NCBI GenBank assembly: GCA_036172245.1
Contig: JAYWIR010000017.1
Span: 2,294,001-2,358,000 of the forward strand
Direction: 5' to 3'
DNA length: 64,000 nt
Source of the DNA: Raillietiella orientalis
Taxonomy: Eukaryota
Part shown: in pieces, positions 1 through 12,780 of the stretch
Numbering within the stretch: the first letter of the stretch is position 1
Layout: each line of letters begins with the position of its first letter
Program-made: the position numbers and the translations under genes
Notes under the pieces: generated by a model
Database searches by the model: none
The model's input: only the letters and a program-made list of their open reading frames with translations
What the model was told of the DNA's origin: nothing

Positions 1-1749
1 CTCGAGGTCAAACAACGACCGTGTGAACTGTCCGTTATCCGGATTCCACTACGGTCTACAAGTTCGTTGACCAAGGAAGCTGGGGAGATCATCTCTCCTT
101 TCTCGTATACTTGTCATCCGTCATCTTGATCATTTGACACCATTTTTTCCCCTCTCTGTTCTCGACGTTTCTTTGGCTGTTCAAATTTTGCATCATCCAA
201 ACCAGTCTCCGTTCCGATTCGCTTAATCGAGGCTTCTACAAGAGTCTCATGTTTCACGCCTCATACAATGGAATGCAGATGGAAAGTGCTTGTCTAGCCC
301 TCCACATTTTTCAGTGGAATTGCCAGTCAAAAAACTGCTCCCGGGGTCCCCAGAAGGGGTAACTGATGTGAAAAGACGAAACGAACTGACTAAAGCGCGA
401 CCACTTAGTGGATGAAACCGAAAGCACTTTAGTCATTGAGACGCTTTTTTTTCTGAAGTTATTTTTTGCCACATTATGCTGGACCTATAGGTGGACTTTT
501 TAAATGATTTGTTGATACTCTGGACGCAGTGGAAGGAACACGCAACTCTATGAGACCCGGGTGAAATCGCACAAGAGCGATTATAGACTCTCTAATTGGC
601 CCAAATGGTGCATTTTATTCGTTTGCACGCTTTCGTGAACTAGAAAATGTCCCGAGATTGTGACCCGAGAAAAGTAAAGATGCCTTATGAATGATCATTC
701 AACAGATGTGCATTCCAGCTCTTCATCTCCTAATAAACACGCAAAGCACGTGTAACTACACTTCTTCGTGTGGGAACTGTCTCAAAGATGGCTTTGTGAA
801 AATGTAGGTAAAGTGAGGAGACTTACTGATTCACATACGAAAGCACCCATTTGTAAAAGTGTCACTCCAGGTGATTCTTAGGTCCAATATGTGTGCTAGA
901 TTATGTTTTCTGTGTAGTTGGTTTCCATGTTCTGAAGCATTGAGAATTCCAAAGTCGGGAACCCGAGAAGAGCGCTCACTACTTTTTGTAAGGTGTAACC
1001 AAACATCTGGCATAGAGCCTACAAAGCAAGGTGTTTTTTTACTATCTCAAGCCTAAGACGAAAAAAAAAAAAAAAAAAAGAAGAAAAATACACGTCATTT
1101 CCGGTAAATGCTCTCTTTTTGGACAGATGAATTGCAAAGGTAAAATACGACCCTCTTTGCCTGGGTTTCATACCCTACAGAAACGCACGCAGCTCTCCCG
1201 GTGGGGATACAGATGGGAGCTCGAATTGTGCGTACTTTGCAGGTATTTTGACATGGCATGTCGCTATCGCTAGCACGAGATATCTGATATCAGTACGACA
1301 TCGGATACAGCGGCTGAGGATTCCATTGGAGTGCCAGCAACGTAAACGCGCCTCTTTCACTTTGCATATCCGGCAGTGTGCAAATTTCCATTCAGTGAAT
1401 GCCGTAGCCGAAAGCGTTTGTGAACGAATATGTCATAATCACACGCGAATCGAGACTTTCTTCCGGGCTGCTTGGCACTGCTGCAAGTTGTGGCGGTTGG
1501 TATTTTCAGTAACAAAAAATTTTAAATTTAAATTTTAAGTTTAAATTCCACTGGCATTCTGACGTGTGTTTCTAGCGCCGAAAGGAAAATGGAATTGGCT
1601 CATCTTTTGCACATTTCTCTCGAACTGATAAGCAAATGGTTGTAAATACACGATGGGTTCATCAAATCTGTTGAAAAACCAGAAACGGAAGTTGACAGCA
1701 GCAGCATGTGTCACATGCACGAAAGTACGCATGCAATCGGAGAATGTGC

Positions 1750-2110
1750 TTCAGAACCACTCCAACCTTTTCAGTTCAGTTTTCTAAGAGGTCGAGGCGC
1801 TTTCTTCTTCTTCTTGCTTTTTTTTTTTTCTCTCCTGCTTTCGCGGATGAGGAAACTGACCACTGGAGCAGAAAAGGCATTGCGTCTTCAAAAGACTTCA
1901 AGCAGAATCAGCAAAACGAACACCCGAAATGCATTTGCGGAGATCCAAAGTCCCAAAGTCGACTCCGCGCGGAACTCGGCTCGCCTCACTCAAAGTGGGA
2001 TCGCTCATGCTCAAAAGTCGGACATGGAGAGAAAATTGGGAAAAGGGATACTGCCAGATCATAACAACAGTTTCGGAATGGAGCACGGAAACCAAAGGCG
2101 AGATGCTTAA
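1750..2110 (+). pseudogene. L1/Tx1-type LINE ORF2 fragment (post-RT region), degenerate
   Basis: Frame 1708..2064 reads 'DEETDHWSRKGIAS...PHSKWDRSCSKVGHGEKIGKRD', resembling the L1-clade post-RT motifs W..K.LS and H.VKW...C.PK..GGLG.RD. Motif match by eye only. Confidence 0.4.
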
Positions 2111-2329
2111 TCTAGTCAAGGATGAATACGGATCAAGTGGGAATCCGTGTAAGAAGAATAAAACCAGTAATTCAGTATCAGTGGGGTGTCATTGGCATAG
2201 GTATACCGGGATGCATGCTAAATTGGGGAAGCAAGGAGCATTCTCGGTAACTCTTCCATAGCCTTTCCGCCTGGAACAAGAGGCGACCAGATGACCAGGA
2301 TTATGCCACCTAACGAGCCAAAACGCAAG

Positions 2330-2352
2330 ACACGCACACACACACACACACA
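2330..2352. repeat. (CA)n microsatellite
   Basis: Direct reading: acacgcacacacacacacacaca. Confidence 0.95.
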
Positions 2353-5049
2353 ATTGTGTATATGTGCGTGTGCCATTCATTGAGTTGTAATTTATCGATC
2401 CTTTAATCCTAAAGTCCAAGCATGCAAGAACATGGAGTTTTGTACTGTGGACCAACCATCATCACGAAGACCGGAATCCATTCTTAGGAACTCTGAACAA
2501 CTTTTTTTCTTTCTCGCTGTATCATTATTCTGTAATCAAAGTATTGAGAAAATTACTTATTTATGGCCTCCTCTGAATGTTTAAGAAGCAAGGCATTCAT
2601 TAGCGCCCTGATGAATGCCAGCTGAATCAATTTCCTCTTACGAAACTTTACGTAGCAGGAAAAAAAATATCCAATTCGAATTTTTTACCAATGCATTGTT
2701 ATGTACGTAAATCATTGTACATCAACGAATACAAATCATGACATACTTGAAATGTCTATGCATACTATATATGGCTGGATACTTGAAAAATAGGGATTTT
2801 ATGGTCTGTATAAATGAGATGGTATATAATAACACCGACTGAAGTTTATTTTTTTTTTAAAAAAAAAAAAAAATTGCAGAAACAAAATACCATCAAATTT
2901 CCCAAAATTAGAAATGAAAGACCAGTTACCTGTGGAACTAAGAATCATGTTATTGTAAAGTTTTTGAAAACACGCCAATGCAGACCTAGAAACTACGGTG
3001 GGTACGTCTTGGGGCTACCCAGCATCCGATTCCGTTTATCTTCTTTCCGCAACCAAAGAAAGCAACGAAATCGAGGCTGCAAAAAGGAAACAACAAAGAT
3101 GATTACTTATCTTAAAGAAGTTGCAGCTGATTTGTTCTTTTGCAGTTTTAGATGAGTAAACTGCTTTGAGTGCTTTTCTCAACGGACACAGTTACGGAAC
3201 ACTTAACTGGTGGTGTAAAAGCTATCGGTTAAAATTCATGATAACACAAACATAATCAGAAAACTGTGGTGAGGCCTATCAGTTTGAAGTGTGCTTTTGC
3301 ATGTTCTTTTGCAGGTGCTTCGAGAATTATGAAACTGATAAAGACGCTAGCGAATAGGTGTGCTGTGCATGCAGACACAGATCAGTTGATGCACTCTTCC
3401 TTGCAGGGATTTATGTAGCGCTGTTGACGTCTTTGGATGATTTTGTTTTCTCATGTTCAGATAATGTGTACTTATTTACTCGCCCTTATTGCAGAGTGTG
3501 TGAAGGACATCAACTTATGCGTTCGCTTTCCGTACCACAAGTACCGAAGCACATTTTGGAAATCATATATGCATATGTCATGTTCCTTTACGCGTTAGCC
3601 TTTCATTTAGACTTTAATGATGACTATCTGTGATCATTGAAAAGCTACCTTTGGTTATCGTTGAGCATATTCCCACTTTGCTGGGATGATCACTGGAAAC
3701 GCAGCAAGATTACTCAGAAAACACACGAATCCATAGCAGCGTTTTCCTAGTAAGAATTTGTGCTGGTGGAACTGAGAGGCACCGGATGGTGGCTGCGCGT
3801 ATCCGGTACTCAAGTGATATCAATGCAGCCCACGTCGCTATGCAGTTGGCCGGAGACAATCTTCTCCCACCGTACGAAAGCCAGGAAGCGGAGGAAGCAC
3901 CATGGAGGGGGGCGAAGGGCGCCCAAGGTAAACAGAGGAGTAACTCCGAAAGAATGTCCAGAGTCCCCCGGCAGCCAGTTATGTAAAGGCACATAAGCAG
4001 TAAGAAATGATTCAGTAATGATTTTATATATTGGAGCACGGCTGTGCTCTCTCTACTTCAACTCATCACCGTTCTCCAAACTCTGGATTTCTTGCAAAGT
4101 CTGTGCTTTGCTCCACCGAACTACTTTGCCTCTCAACAGTTCTCTGCAGAGCGATGAATCAGATGTCAGTTTTCGATTTTCCACCTGGAGTTTGCATCAC
4201 GCTTTCTGTCTTCTCCCTGTTCTTCCTTGGGTTGTTCGACACTTGGAGCGAGATTCCATCCGATTTCATACTGGCTGAGCTCTGACGAAGAGCTCGCACT
4301 CAAGACGTGTCTTTCAGAAGCAAAGGCTGCTCCTCACACAGCGCTTGCTGCTTGCAGCTCAAAAGGGGTCTTCTTCCCGTGATCATGTCTTAACATCAGC
4401 GGCAACTTGCACCGTGGCTACTGCGTAGGTGCTTTTTATTTAGGAAATGGGTTCGCCTGTCCCTCAGGAAACGCTAAACAATGTGGTGTCAGGAAATGGG
4501 TGGGAATTGCTAGGTTGCGTCGCGAGAGGCGAAGAGCATTGCGCAGTTCAGTCAATAAAAAGTCGTCCATATGGATACGCATGCGAAGATCGCTCTGCAC
4601 TGCTGATCCGCCTCGCAGTTTTCGAGTGTGGACCTCTAGGTATCAATCAGTGCTTTCCTCGCATTTCTGCGTTCCTACATTCTTCTGTTCGCTTTCTGTT
4701 TCTAGGGAAGAATCGCAAGCGCTGTTGCCACTCCTGAAGGAATCCTGTCATTTGAAAGTGGATCAAAAAAAATAAAGATAAATTTCGCATCATTCTCTCC
4801 GATGCAGAGATCCGAATTTTTTACCCTTGCGTTTCCGAAGAAATGTTGTCTCCACGATTCCATTTTGCCGTGCTCTTCGCTTAGGTTCGACACTAGCGAC
4901 TGGCATCACTGACGGCGTATTTTCAGATATATGCCCTCTAATTTTAATGGAACTCTGGTTTATTGTTTTTTGGGGGGAGGTAATAAAAATACTGAGAATG
5001 AAAAGCGCACGTATTCTGGCGCATCAGTGATCCGCGTACCATTTCAAGA

Positions 5050-7100
5050 GACCTTGAGCAGCTTCCAAGCTTCACGTTGGTGAATATTCTTAAACTCCAC
5101 ATGGTAACCTTCCGGAAACCCCGAGCATGGGGATATGTCTTGCTAAGCCAACATCAATCTAACAAAGAATACCGTTTGTGAGGAAAGGCACCTTCGTAAG
5201 GGAAACCTCCGCGTGCTGCTAAACGCTCCCGGACTGATGGTTCGCAGCCAACGCCCCCGCTGTCACAAAGTGCTTATTTAGAACAGGAGTTCACAGAATC
5301 ACGGTCAACTGATGGTTCCAAAGTTGCGCGGGAAGAACGTGCCCATTTCGATTTCCCGGTTCGCACGTGGAAAACCATGGCGAACACTCCTCATTATGGA
5401 GGTTTATCGATAAGTCACTTTGGACACTTTCACTGCTCCACTGGTTCTAGAGGCTTTGCTGGGGTTAGCAACGCGGTTAAAGGCTTTCCGCCACTTCGTG
5501 GACTTCTCGTGACTCGGAACTCCTTTCTTCGCCGTACCACACCACGATGTACCGCTTCTGATGTTTTCCTTGAGCAACAGTAAAGGCTGAAAACTTTAAG
5601 CGTCTTACCGAACTTCGGCGATGCACCACCAAGGGTGTGCTTCTTCGGCTGTTACGCGCCGACATTCCTTTCCCAAGAGGCGAGCGGTTTCTGCAGACAG
5701 ACATCGATTGCCTCCTGGCGCATTTAATTTCGAGAATGGATACCAGATTTGGCAGCCACGTTACAGATCGGCAACGGAGCAATGCGCGGGATAAGGAGAA
5801 CTCTCTGCTTTCCACCACTCGTGGTGCCTTCTGGCTTTTCGCTTTGCTTGCGTTCAATTCCGCGGAGAACATTGTGCTGGTCGGAAAAAGCGGCGTTCCG
5901 CCTAGGTGACCAACAAGACGAACCGGGCGACCCTCTCTGATCTCAGGTGGTACTCTCGGATTGTCAGGCCAGAGCCAGGACAGAAGTCTCTTGGTCATTT
6001 CCGTAGTCACAGTCTGCCACCCACAAGCCGCAAGTTGTATCTGGACCAGTTTGCCGCAATCTCTTTGATTGGGAGGGCTTCATGATTCCTCTGAAGAAAA
6101 TTCATAAGAATTTCATCCTTATTGGGTCTTCTGCCGTGTACTTGTAGCTCGATCCCGTCCTCCCCCGCACGGAAGGATTCTGCGTGGCTCATGATTTGCA
6201 CGTTTAGCTTCTTCTCGAACCGAAACGTTTTGTCTTTCGTGCGGAGGAAGGGAAAGGAACCACAAAATGGTCGACTCGTGCGCACGACGGAAGTGCGGAG
6301 GAAATCGTCCTTCCGCTAACGGAAGAAGCGCTGCCATGCAACCAATACGCATCCTAACACTAGCGTGGCTTGTTTCCCAGAAAGCGATTTCCGCTTTCGT
6401 CGAAACAAGTCATCCGTTCTTGCGAAGTCGGTGACTAATCGTTCAACCGGCCAAAGCGGGACTCACAAAAAAAGAGGGATTTTAATGCTGAGGCGCGAAG
6501 AGAGATTGGCTACCAAGTAGCGTCTTTCTTCTGCTCGTCTTTGCGAGTTCTTATAAAAATTACGCTGGTCTCGCGGTTCCGTTCGGAGCCACTGGAGGAA
6601 GGAGTGTCATTCTTCTGCAGTTTTATACCGGCAAGAACGGGAACGGTGTGAATCCACCACTGTATTGACGAGGCATCGTGCCGAAACCGTGCACATCCAT
6701 TGGGAGCGTCCACTTCGCTCACTTTTTGCAAGTGCATAGGCGTTCCACGAAATGGAGCAAGCGGTGCGTGTTTTCGTTCACGCCTCGTTTTCACCGACAT
6801 TCGCGGAATCCGTCTCGGAATGAAGTGACGCTGTTTTATCCGAGTTCCCTTTCTACTTGTATCACTTTTACTTTGGATGCCCACGAGTTGGGCTGTGGAG
6901 AAACACGAAAATGCCTCTGCCAGTGAAATCCAATCGTTCGCCAGCAAGTGTGAGGGCAACACGTTCGTTCCAGAGAATGGAAGCTGCGCGCGGTTTCCCG
7001 TTCAAATAACACGCGGAAGAGCGACGTGAAACACGAACTTCCCAATCCAAGCATCGGTCCGTCGAAAAGGACGATTTGCATGTGTTCGTGAAGTTTCAGC
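5050..7100 (-). mobile_element. Degenerate AP-endonuclease LINE (I/Jockey-group-like): EN + RT relic
   Basis: Minus strand motifs occur in the expected order: 'IGFHWQRHFRVSPQPNSWASK' (~GDFNAH..WGS, EN), 'RVPPEIREGRP' (~GVPQGS.LSP, ~5950), 'MFSAE' (~FADD), then 'LGGASPKFGKTLKVF' and 'KRYIVVWYG' (~SWG...TL..Y..LDYG..VW). Many frameshifts. Confidence 0.6.
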
Positions 7101-7314
7101 GCGTGCTCTTCACGTTTCCCGATAACAAATTGAATCGCATGTACGGCGAGACCGACCGCTGGAAAGTAGAATCCAAAAAAGGCGTCTATTTACCTCACGG
7201 GAGATCAATTTACCATTCGTCAAGTGGGTGCCATCTAGGAGAACTCTAGAGAAGTAAGCACGACATCGTGGTTCGCTGGCGTGAAATTAATAGAAAGATT
7301 CTAGAAATAAAAGA

Positions 7315-7342
7315 ATATATATATATATATATATATATATAT
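7315..7342. repeat. (AT)n microsatellite
   Basis: Uninterrupted atat run read directly. Confidence 0.97.
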
Positions 7343-7559
7343 TGCGTCTTCCATAGTCACTTTCAGATTATAATATATACACATTCTTAATATGAATGTA
7401 TGATTAAGTAAATATATGCTTTTCTCGTGGCTTTCTCTTAGAGCCAGCAGAGAGATTTCTTTCTTGAGATGGGTCAGGTTTCCTTCAAGCATGTTCTCAT
7501 TTTCGCTTGGCATCAGCAGGCCAATCTCGTGCAAATCAGTGGTGTCGAAACACAGGCAA

Positions 7560-9365
7560 GCAAGCAAGCACAGCGCAGCGAACTGAGGAGACGGGATCAA
7601 AGATCTGCCACGGGATACGTGGATGGTTTTCTGTGCGAACAAAATGGGAGATGACGCAAAAGAGTTGCATATCAATAGAAGTGTCACTGGAGACGCACGA
7701 AGGAGCCTGGAAAAATTCGCTGGACTTGCTGGCATCACTCGGGGTACTGCGTTTTACATCGAGTCACAGGAGCAGATCGGACCAATTTTCCCGCAAAATC
7801 CAGGAAGGAACCGGGAGTCGAAATTTCGCATTTCCATCGCTGGCTGTCCACTGGGTTGCCTGGGGCAGCGATTTGAAGTTCCCCAATGCTTTGGGGCGAA
7901 AGAAGATGAAACTGGTTTCGAGCTGATCCAGGAACGTTGTCGAAAGGAAAACTCGATAACACCCGTTGTCGAAAGTTTTTCCCGAGGCGCTCGCGCGCGC
8001 CAGGAGGAGGAAACCGGGACCCTAGTAGGGCGCTGCTTTGCGGATGTCTGTTTGGGAGGTCGCTACCGGGGCCGCTGCACGGTGCGCTTGAAAGCAGAGC
8101 AGGGATGGCTGTGGGTGGAAGCATTTCTTGGGCAAGCAGGAGTGGACGGAAATTCGGCAGCGTCCTCGACTCAACTCCCGCCACGTTCTTCCTCACGGTG
8201 CTCCTGTGAGTCTTGAGGGAAATACCCCAAAGCTTTCCCGGGGAACCTGCCCGTCGTCCACTCGAAAAAAAAGTCACCCCTCACCCCCCGCGCGCCGCGC
8301 CACTTCACTGCGGAGGCGCGGTGAATTTTTCCACCCTGGCTGCCACACCCCTTGCCGCAGCGCTATCTACCTTCAGGGCGAGACGACATAGCTAACCGGC
8401 GAGGTGGAAGTTTTCCTTCACCATCGCGGGAAAAACAGAATTCCTCGGTGCCTGGAAGACGCGTGAGTTGGTGGATGCTGCCACTTCGCGTTATGTGGCG
8501 AAGGGACTCCTTCGGTGGGACGGACTTTTGAGTGTTGCTCCTGAAAAACTTGTAATCCCTCCCCATTGTGTGGACGGTTCGTTGTTCCCCCTCGCCTGCA
8601 AGCAGGCCGTACTGCCCTTCATCCACTGGGGATTCCAGTGTGGCGAGCGGCGGCACCGAGTTTCCGGAGGGGTTGCATCCCCGAACTGTCGTGCCAGATG
8701 CAGGTCGGCGGAGTCGATCCCGCCGCACCTGCTTTTGGACTGCGGTGCCCCCCTCCAAAAACTGCGGCGGAGGCTGGCAACAGCACTCCTGCACCAGGAA
8801 GACACCGCCCGAGGGTGCTGCGGCAGTTTTTCGCGCCGAGAGGCCTCTCGATGGGCGTTGTTACTGCAACCATGGGTTGCATCCGTGCCAGGCTCTAGAA
8901 ACCACCCCGCAGAGAGGGGAGGTCACCAGGATGGCAGCCACCTACTACATCAGGAGGGCTGCAAGGTGGCCTCACCTGGAAAAGGAATCCAAGGAAGAGA
9001 TCACCGGCATCCACTGCCGATTAGATGGACGGTTTGGAACGGTGGACTTTGATGGATCCTTGTCTCCTTCCTCCCTTTATTCTTTGTTTCTTATCCCCGT
9101 CCGACTCCGTAACTTTCTTGGTGCTTTTTTTTTTTTTATCCCGGTGAATAGGGAGCGAAACCAAAGATCCCTGCCCCTTTCCCACCCATTTTGTTTGTTT
9201 TTGTTGTCCGCTTGCCCCTCCCCGTTCCGGACTCTCTGTTATCCCGGACTGCGTGCCGGCGGAGCCTCCCCTTTGTTTCTTGCTGCCTTCGGTTGGGAAC
9301 CAGCGTTTACGAACTGATTTATTTTTAATAAAATAAATGCCCCAGCGTGACCGGCTGAAAAACTT
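7560..9365 (+). mobile_element. Tx1/L1-type LINE copy A: 3' part of ORF2 (post-RT, CCHC zinc knuckle) plus 3' UTR
   Basis: 'NCRARCRSAESIPPHLLLDC' is a Cx2C..E...H...C knuckle at ~8685-8745. Clear nucleotide homology to 16625-17680 across the coding part and the pyrimidine-rich 3' UTR. Ends in AATAAA + short motif + A run. Confidence 0.8.
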
Positions 9366-10449
9366 CACCATGGAGACGCACGCACCGCTGGGACGGGTCG
9401 ATCGTCGCCCGGGGAGAAATGGTGTCGTCACGAAGTGTCGTCTCTGTGAAGATTGTTCAGTGCGACCTACCGGCAAGGAAAGAAACACCTTTCTTCAGGA
9501 AGGCTGTTGTCGAAGAGGGGGGGAAGAAGAAGGGAAAACAGATCACTCAAAGAGCAGGTGCCATGGCCTCAAGGGTAGAGCGGTATTTCCGCGGTGCTTC
9601 AGGAATGCTTGCATCCTCCATCACGCTCTCATCATGAATCAGCGATTCTTTTTTCCGCAGAAACGAGACCTGCGTTTGTTTGACAAAGCGAAAGAGGCGC
9701 GGGAGTGTTTACAGAGTGTCCGATGACGCTTTCAAGAGCCGCTCGCCTTGGGAGAATTGGGAGCACCTCCTCCTCCTCCCGCACCACCACCACCCTCTTC
9801 CTCCTCCTCGCGTCATTACGCTCTTCTTGAGGGGGGGGGGGAGCTCGCACGTGGGCAAGCAGGGCGATGAAAAGAAAATGGCGGGCGACGCGGCTCTGCA
9901 CCGCTCCCGCGCTGTTGGTCGGTCCTTTGGCGTGAAGAGGAAGAGGAGACGGAAGGAGAGGGGAACGAAGAAGCGATGTGGAAGTTGGCGGCAAGCAAGG
10001 CAGGTGGCCCCCACGCCCCGCCCCTACCCACCCCATCCTCCGTCTCAATGCCGTCAGCTGCTTGCTGCAATGAACTTCGGAATGATGCGATTCGTGTCAG
10101 AGCCTCTCGGGGAGCAGAAAAATAAAATAAAATAATGATAATTATAATAAAGAAACAGGTTCCTTTTGCATAAGCGGGTGCGGAACGAGACACCTCGAGC
10201 ATCGCCGCTAGGCTTTTATTTTTTTCCCTAGTGGACGGACTCGCTCACCGACAGCACACGAGCGTCCCCCCGTTTGCATCTCTTCCGCGCATTCTTCGTG
10301 CCTTTCCCATGGAGCAGAGAGCGGAGCAGTGAGCTGCTGCTGTTTTAAGGATGGGCAGGCGTCCTTTTTTTTTCTTCCTTTCTTTTCATTTGGTTTCGTG
10401 TTTTCCTGTTTCATCAAGACTTCGCCGTTTCCGGTTCTTGACCGGAGAC

Positions 10450-10810
10450 CCGCAGCCCGCCCCCTCATGAGAGCGCATTCCGCTTCGTTCCGAGGACCAC
10501 CGCCGCCGCCAGGCCCATGGAGTGCCCGAACGTGTCTGCAAGGATGCTGCGGGCATCCCGAGGGAAGGTCGCGAGAGCTTTCGCGTAGGTGCGCGCGTGG
10601 TCTGCCCCAGCCCCGTCATCCATATCCATCCCCGATAACGCGCCTTTAGAAGTGGGGTTTTTCGCCTCGCGTTTCTTTCGAGACCCGACAGCTGCTTGGT
10701 ATCTACCGCGAAGAGAAGAAGATCTTCACAAAACTCTGCCATCTTGCAACTCACGTGCAGCGACTGCAATCTTCGTGAACCTCCCTTCTTCCCCCCCCTC
10801 GTCTTTGTTT
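10450..10810 (+). pseudogene. Possible DNA-transposase cysteine-rich C-terminal remnant (piggyBac-like)
   Basis: Mixed-frame 'PRHPYPSP ... RDPT.. / SCLVSTAKRRR...TCSDCNLREPPFF' loosely follows the RHFP..IP / PTRRC.VC...C..C...PCF pattern. No TTAA-CCC terminus seen. Confidence 0.25.
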
Positions 10811-11052
10811 TAAGCGTAGATGGGCCACCCGGTGGAAACCTTCTTGCAGCTGTATGCTGCATTCTTCTTCAAGCTTTCTTTTCTTCCTTTCCTTCTTTCT
10901 TTTTTTTTTTTACCGGGGCATGGCTCTGTAGCTTGCTTGGTGATTAGATGGCATATGGTTGTCCATGGCGATACCCATCCATGGGCTGGATGAATGAGGT
11001 GAACGGATGAAGGAGTTTGTTGCGTGTTTGATGGCGACGCCTGGTTCCTATA

Positions 11053-11600
11053 TACGAGGCACATCTCAAAAGCAGGAGATCTTCGGATATAAAGAGAGAA
11101 CCAATAAGAGAACTGAAAATGTATTCGTGGTTCTAAGCATATGCATCCCCATGTCGTTTTTCTACGTCGTCAGCATTTTTTTTTCAAACACTTTGGATAC
11201 TGCCGAAGAAGGTTTTTGAAACCCTCTGCATCGAATTCCGCCACCCCAGTTGGGAGTACAGTCAATTCAGCAGCACCGCAGTTTTCAACTCCTCATTCTC
11301 CCCCTCGAATCGTTCAGCCTCTTCTTGAGGTGCAAAAAGACGTAGTAGTCACTGGGCAGGACTGTAAGGTGGGTGGGTGATCAAAAAGTTTCCATTTGAA
11401 TTTCTGGATTGTCTGGAGTGTGCGAACAGCATGCGTTGCCAAGGCGCGCGTTGTCGTGAAGAAGAACAATTCCTGATCTCAGCATTCCACGCCGCCGGTT
11501 CTGAATGGCACGCTTCAGTTTCGAACGTGTTCCACAGTGGACTTGCGAAGCGATGGTTGTTCCGGGCTCCATAAAGTCCACTCTTTTGGTCCCACACTCA
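11053..11600 (-). mobile_element. Mariner (Tc1/mariner) transposon, 3' half: catalytic-domain pseudogene plus one terminus
   Basis: Minus strand reads 'WDQK..DFMEPGTTI...KLKRAIQNRRRGMLRSGIVLLHDNAR...HPPYSP...AEFDAEGFKNLLRQYPKCLKKNADDVEK', i.e. the hallmark LHDNA, HPPYSPDL and KC....DYVEK mariner motifs, with frameshifts. TA-CGAGG at 11053 resembles a mariner TIR end. Confidence 0.9.
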
Positions 11601-11949
11601 GGGACTTAAAAATGACAAGGGGATGCATGTGTTTCGCACCACCAATACATTTTTGTTTCTCTTATATGTTCTTTCTTTATGTCCGATCGGCCCTCACTCT
11701 TGAAACGCACCTCGTACGTACGTGCATGCTGGTTCCTGTGTGTGCACGTGTGTGTTGAGAATTATTATTATTATTATAAAGCAGCTTTTTTTGTGTGTCT
11801 TTTTTCTGTGGGACATGGAGCTGGTTGCGGTCAAAGTGTGCTTAGGGTGGTGGGCAAGAAGTACTTTATCAATTTCGTAAGGATTATTTCTTGATCTTGT
11901 CCTTCAAGAGGCATGAGAAAGGAGCGGCTGTGTGGCCAATGGGGAGATG

Positions 11950-12200
11950 GGTGCCTCGCTTCACTTTTCATCCACAGAGTGATGTTTTGCGCACATCATT
12001 CGGGCTAAAGATGGTGTAGACGGACGTCCATTCCGTAATGGTAGATGGGGAAAGCGTGCTGACAACTGCGGACGTGCGGAGAAATTTTTCTGCCATCCAG
12101 AGGATTTCAGAGTGGGGAGTTCTGCCGCGACGTCTCTGTGGCAACGTGGATGGTCGGCGAAGGAACGAAGATCTGAAGATCTCGGAAAGATGAGAGACTC
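11950..12200 (+). pseudogene. Possible mariner N-terminal HTH remnant
   Basis: 'IIRAK...TDVHSVMVDGESVLTTADVRR...FQSG' resembles the mariner HTH pattern (AK.V...EIH..M..VYGESV.S...V..W...F.SG). Frameshifted. Confidence 0.35.
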
Positions 12201-12399
12201 AACGCGGTGTACTTAGGCATTTCGAGTGGTGTTCCGTCGATGCAGTCGAAAATCATCCAAATCTTTCCTGGCTCAATTTATTTTACATGTTCAGTTTGAT
12301 TGAACCAAACTCCAGCATTGCTCAATACAAGAAAACGGGTTTATTGAGCTGAAGAAGGCGCTGGGGGAGCCTGGACCTAATGGAGGTGGAAATCTCAGT

Positions 12400-12780
12400 G
12401 TGGATGACGAAGAGCTCAAGCCAAAGACTTCTGTAAGCTTGAAAAAATGGCATCATTCCCTTCGAACGACCTCTTTTGCAACCTATGCATGCGAGGTCCG
12501 TTCCTCCTCCCCTTTCCGAGTACGAATCGTTTTTGGGAGTCCAGAAGAGGTTCTTGGAATAATCGCTCAGCAGCTTGCGGCCGCTCAGGGGCACCAGCAG
12601 CGAGCGAGCCGGTCGCTCCTGTCCAGGTCGCAGGAGATGCTCCTGCCCAGCTCTTTGCACTCGAGTACGAATCTTTCCATTCCTGAAAGAAGGAACGGTG
12701 ACAAAATGCAAACCAGATGCGAGCCAGCAGCTTCGCTTCCAGGAGCGGAGCAACAACAATCAAAAGTACATTAAATAACT
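12400..12780 (+). pseudogene. Possible hAT transposase C-terminal (dimerisation) remnant
   Basis: 'FLLPFPSTN' resembles the Buster/ZBED5-type LLPFPSTYLCE motif, and 'RVRIFPFLKEGTVTKCKPDA' resembles ER.FS....TK.R..LD. Confidence 0.35.

Noticed and set aside
1..470. Possible mariner N-terminal remnant on minus strand
   Set aside because: Similarity too faint to support by eye.
3130..3470. Cluster of splice-acceptor/donor-like sites (ttttgcag, gtgagg) suggesting short exons
   Set aside because: The candidate exon 3145-3268 has stops in all three frames; no host gene can be supported.
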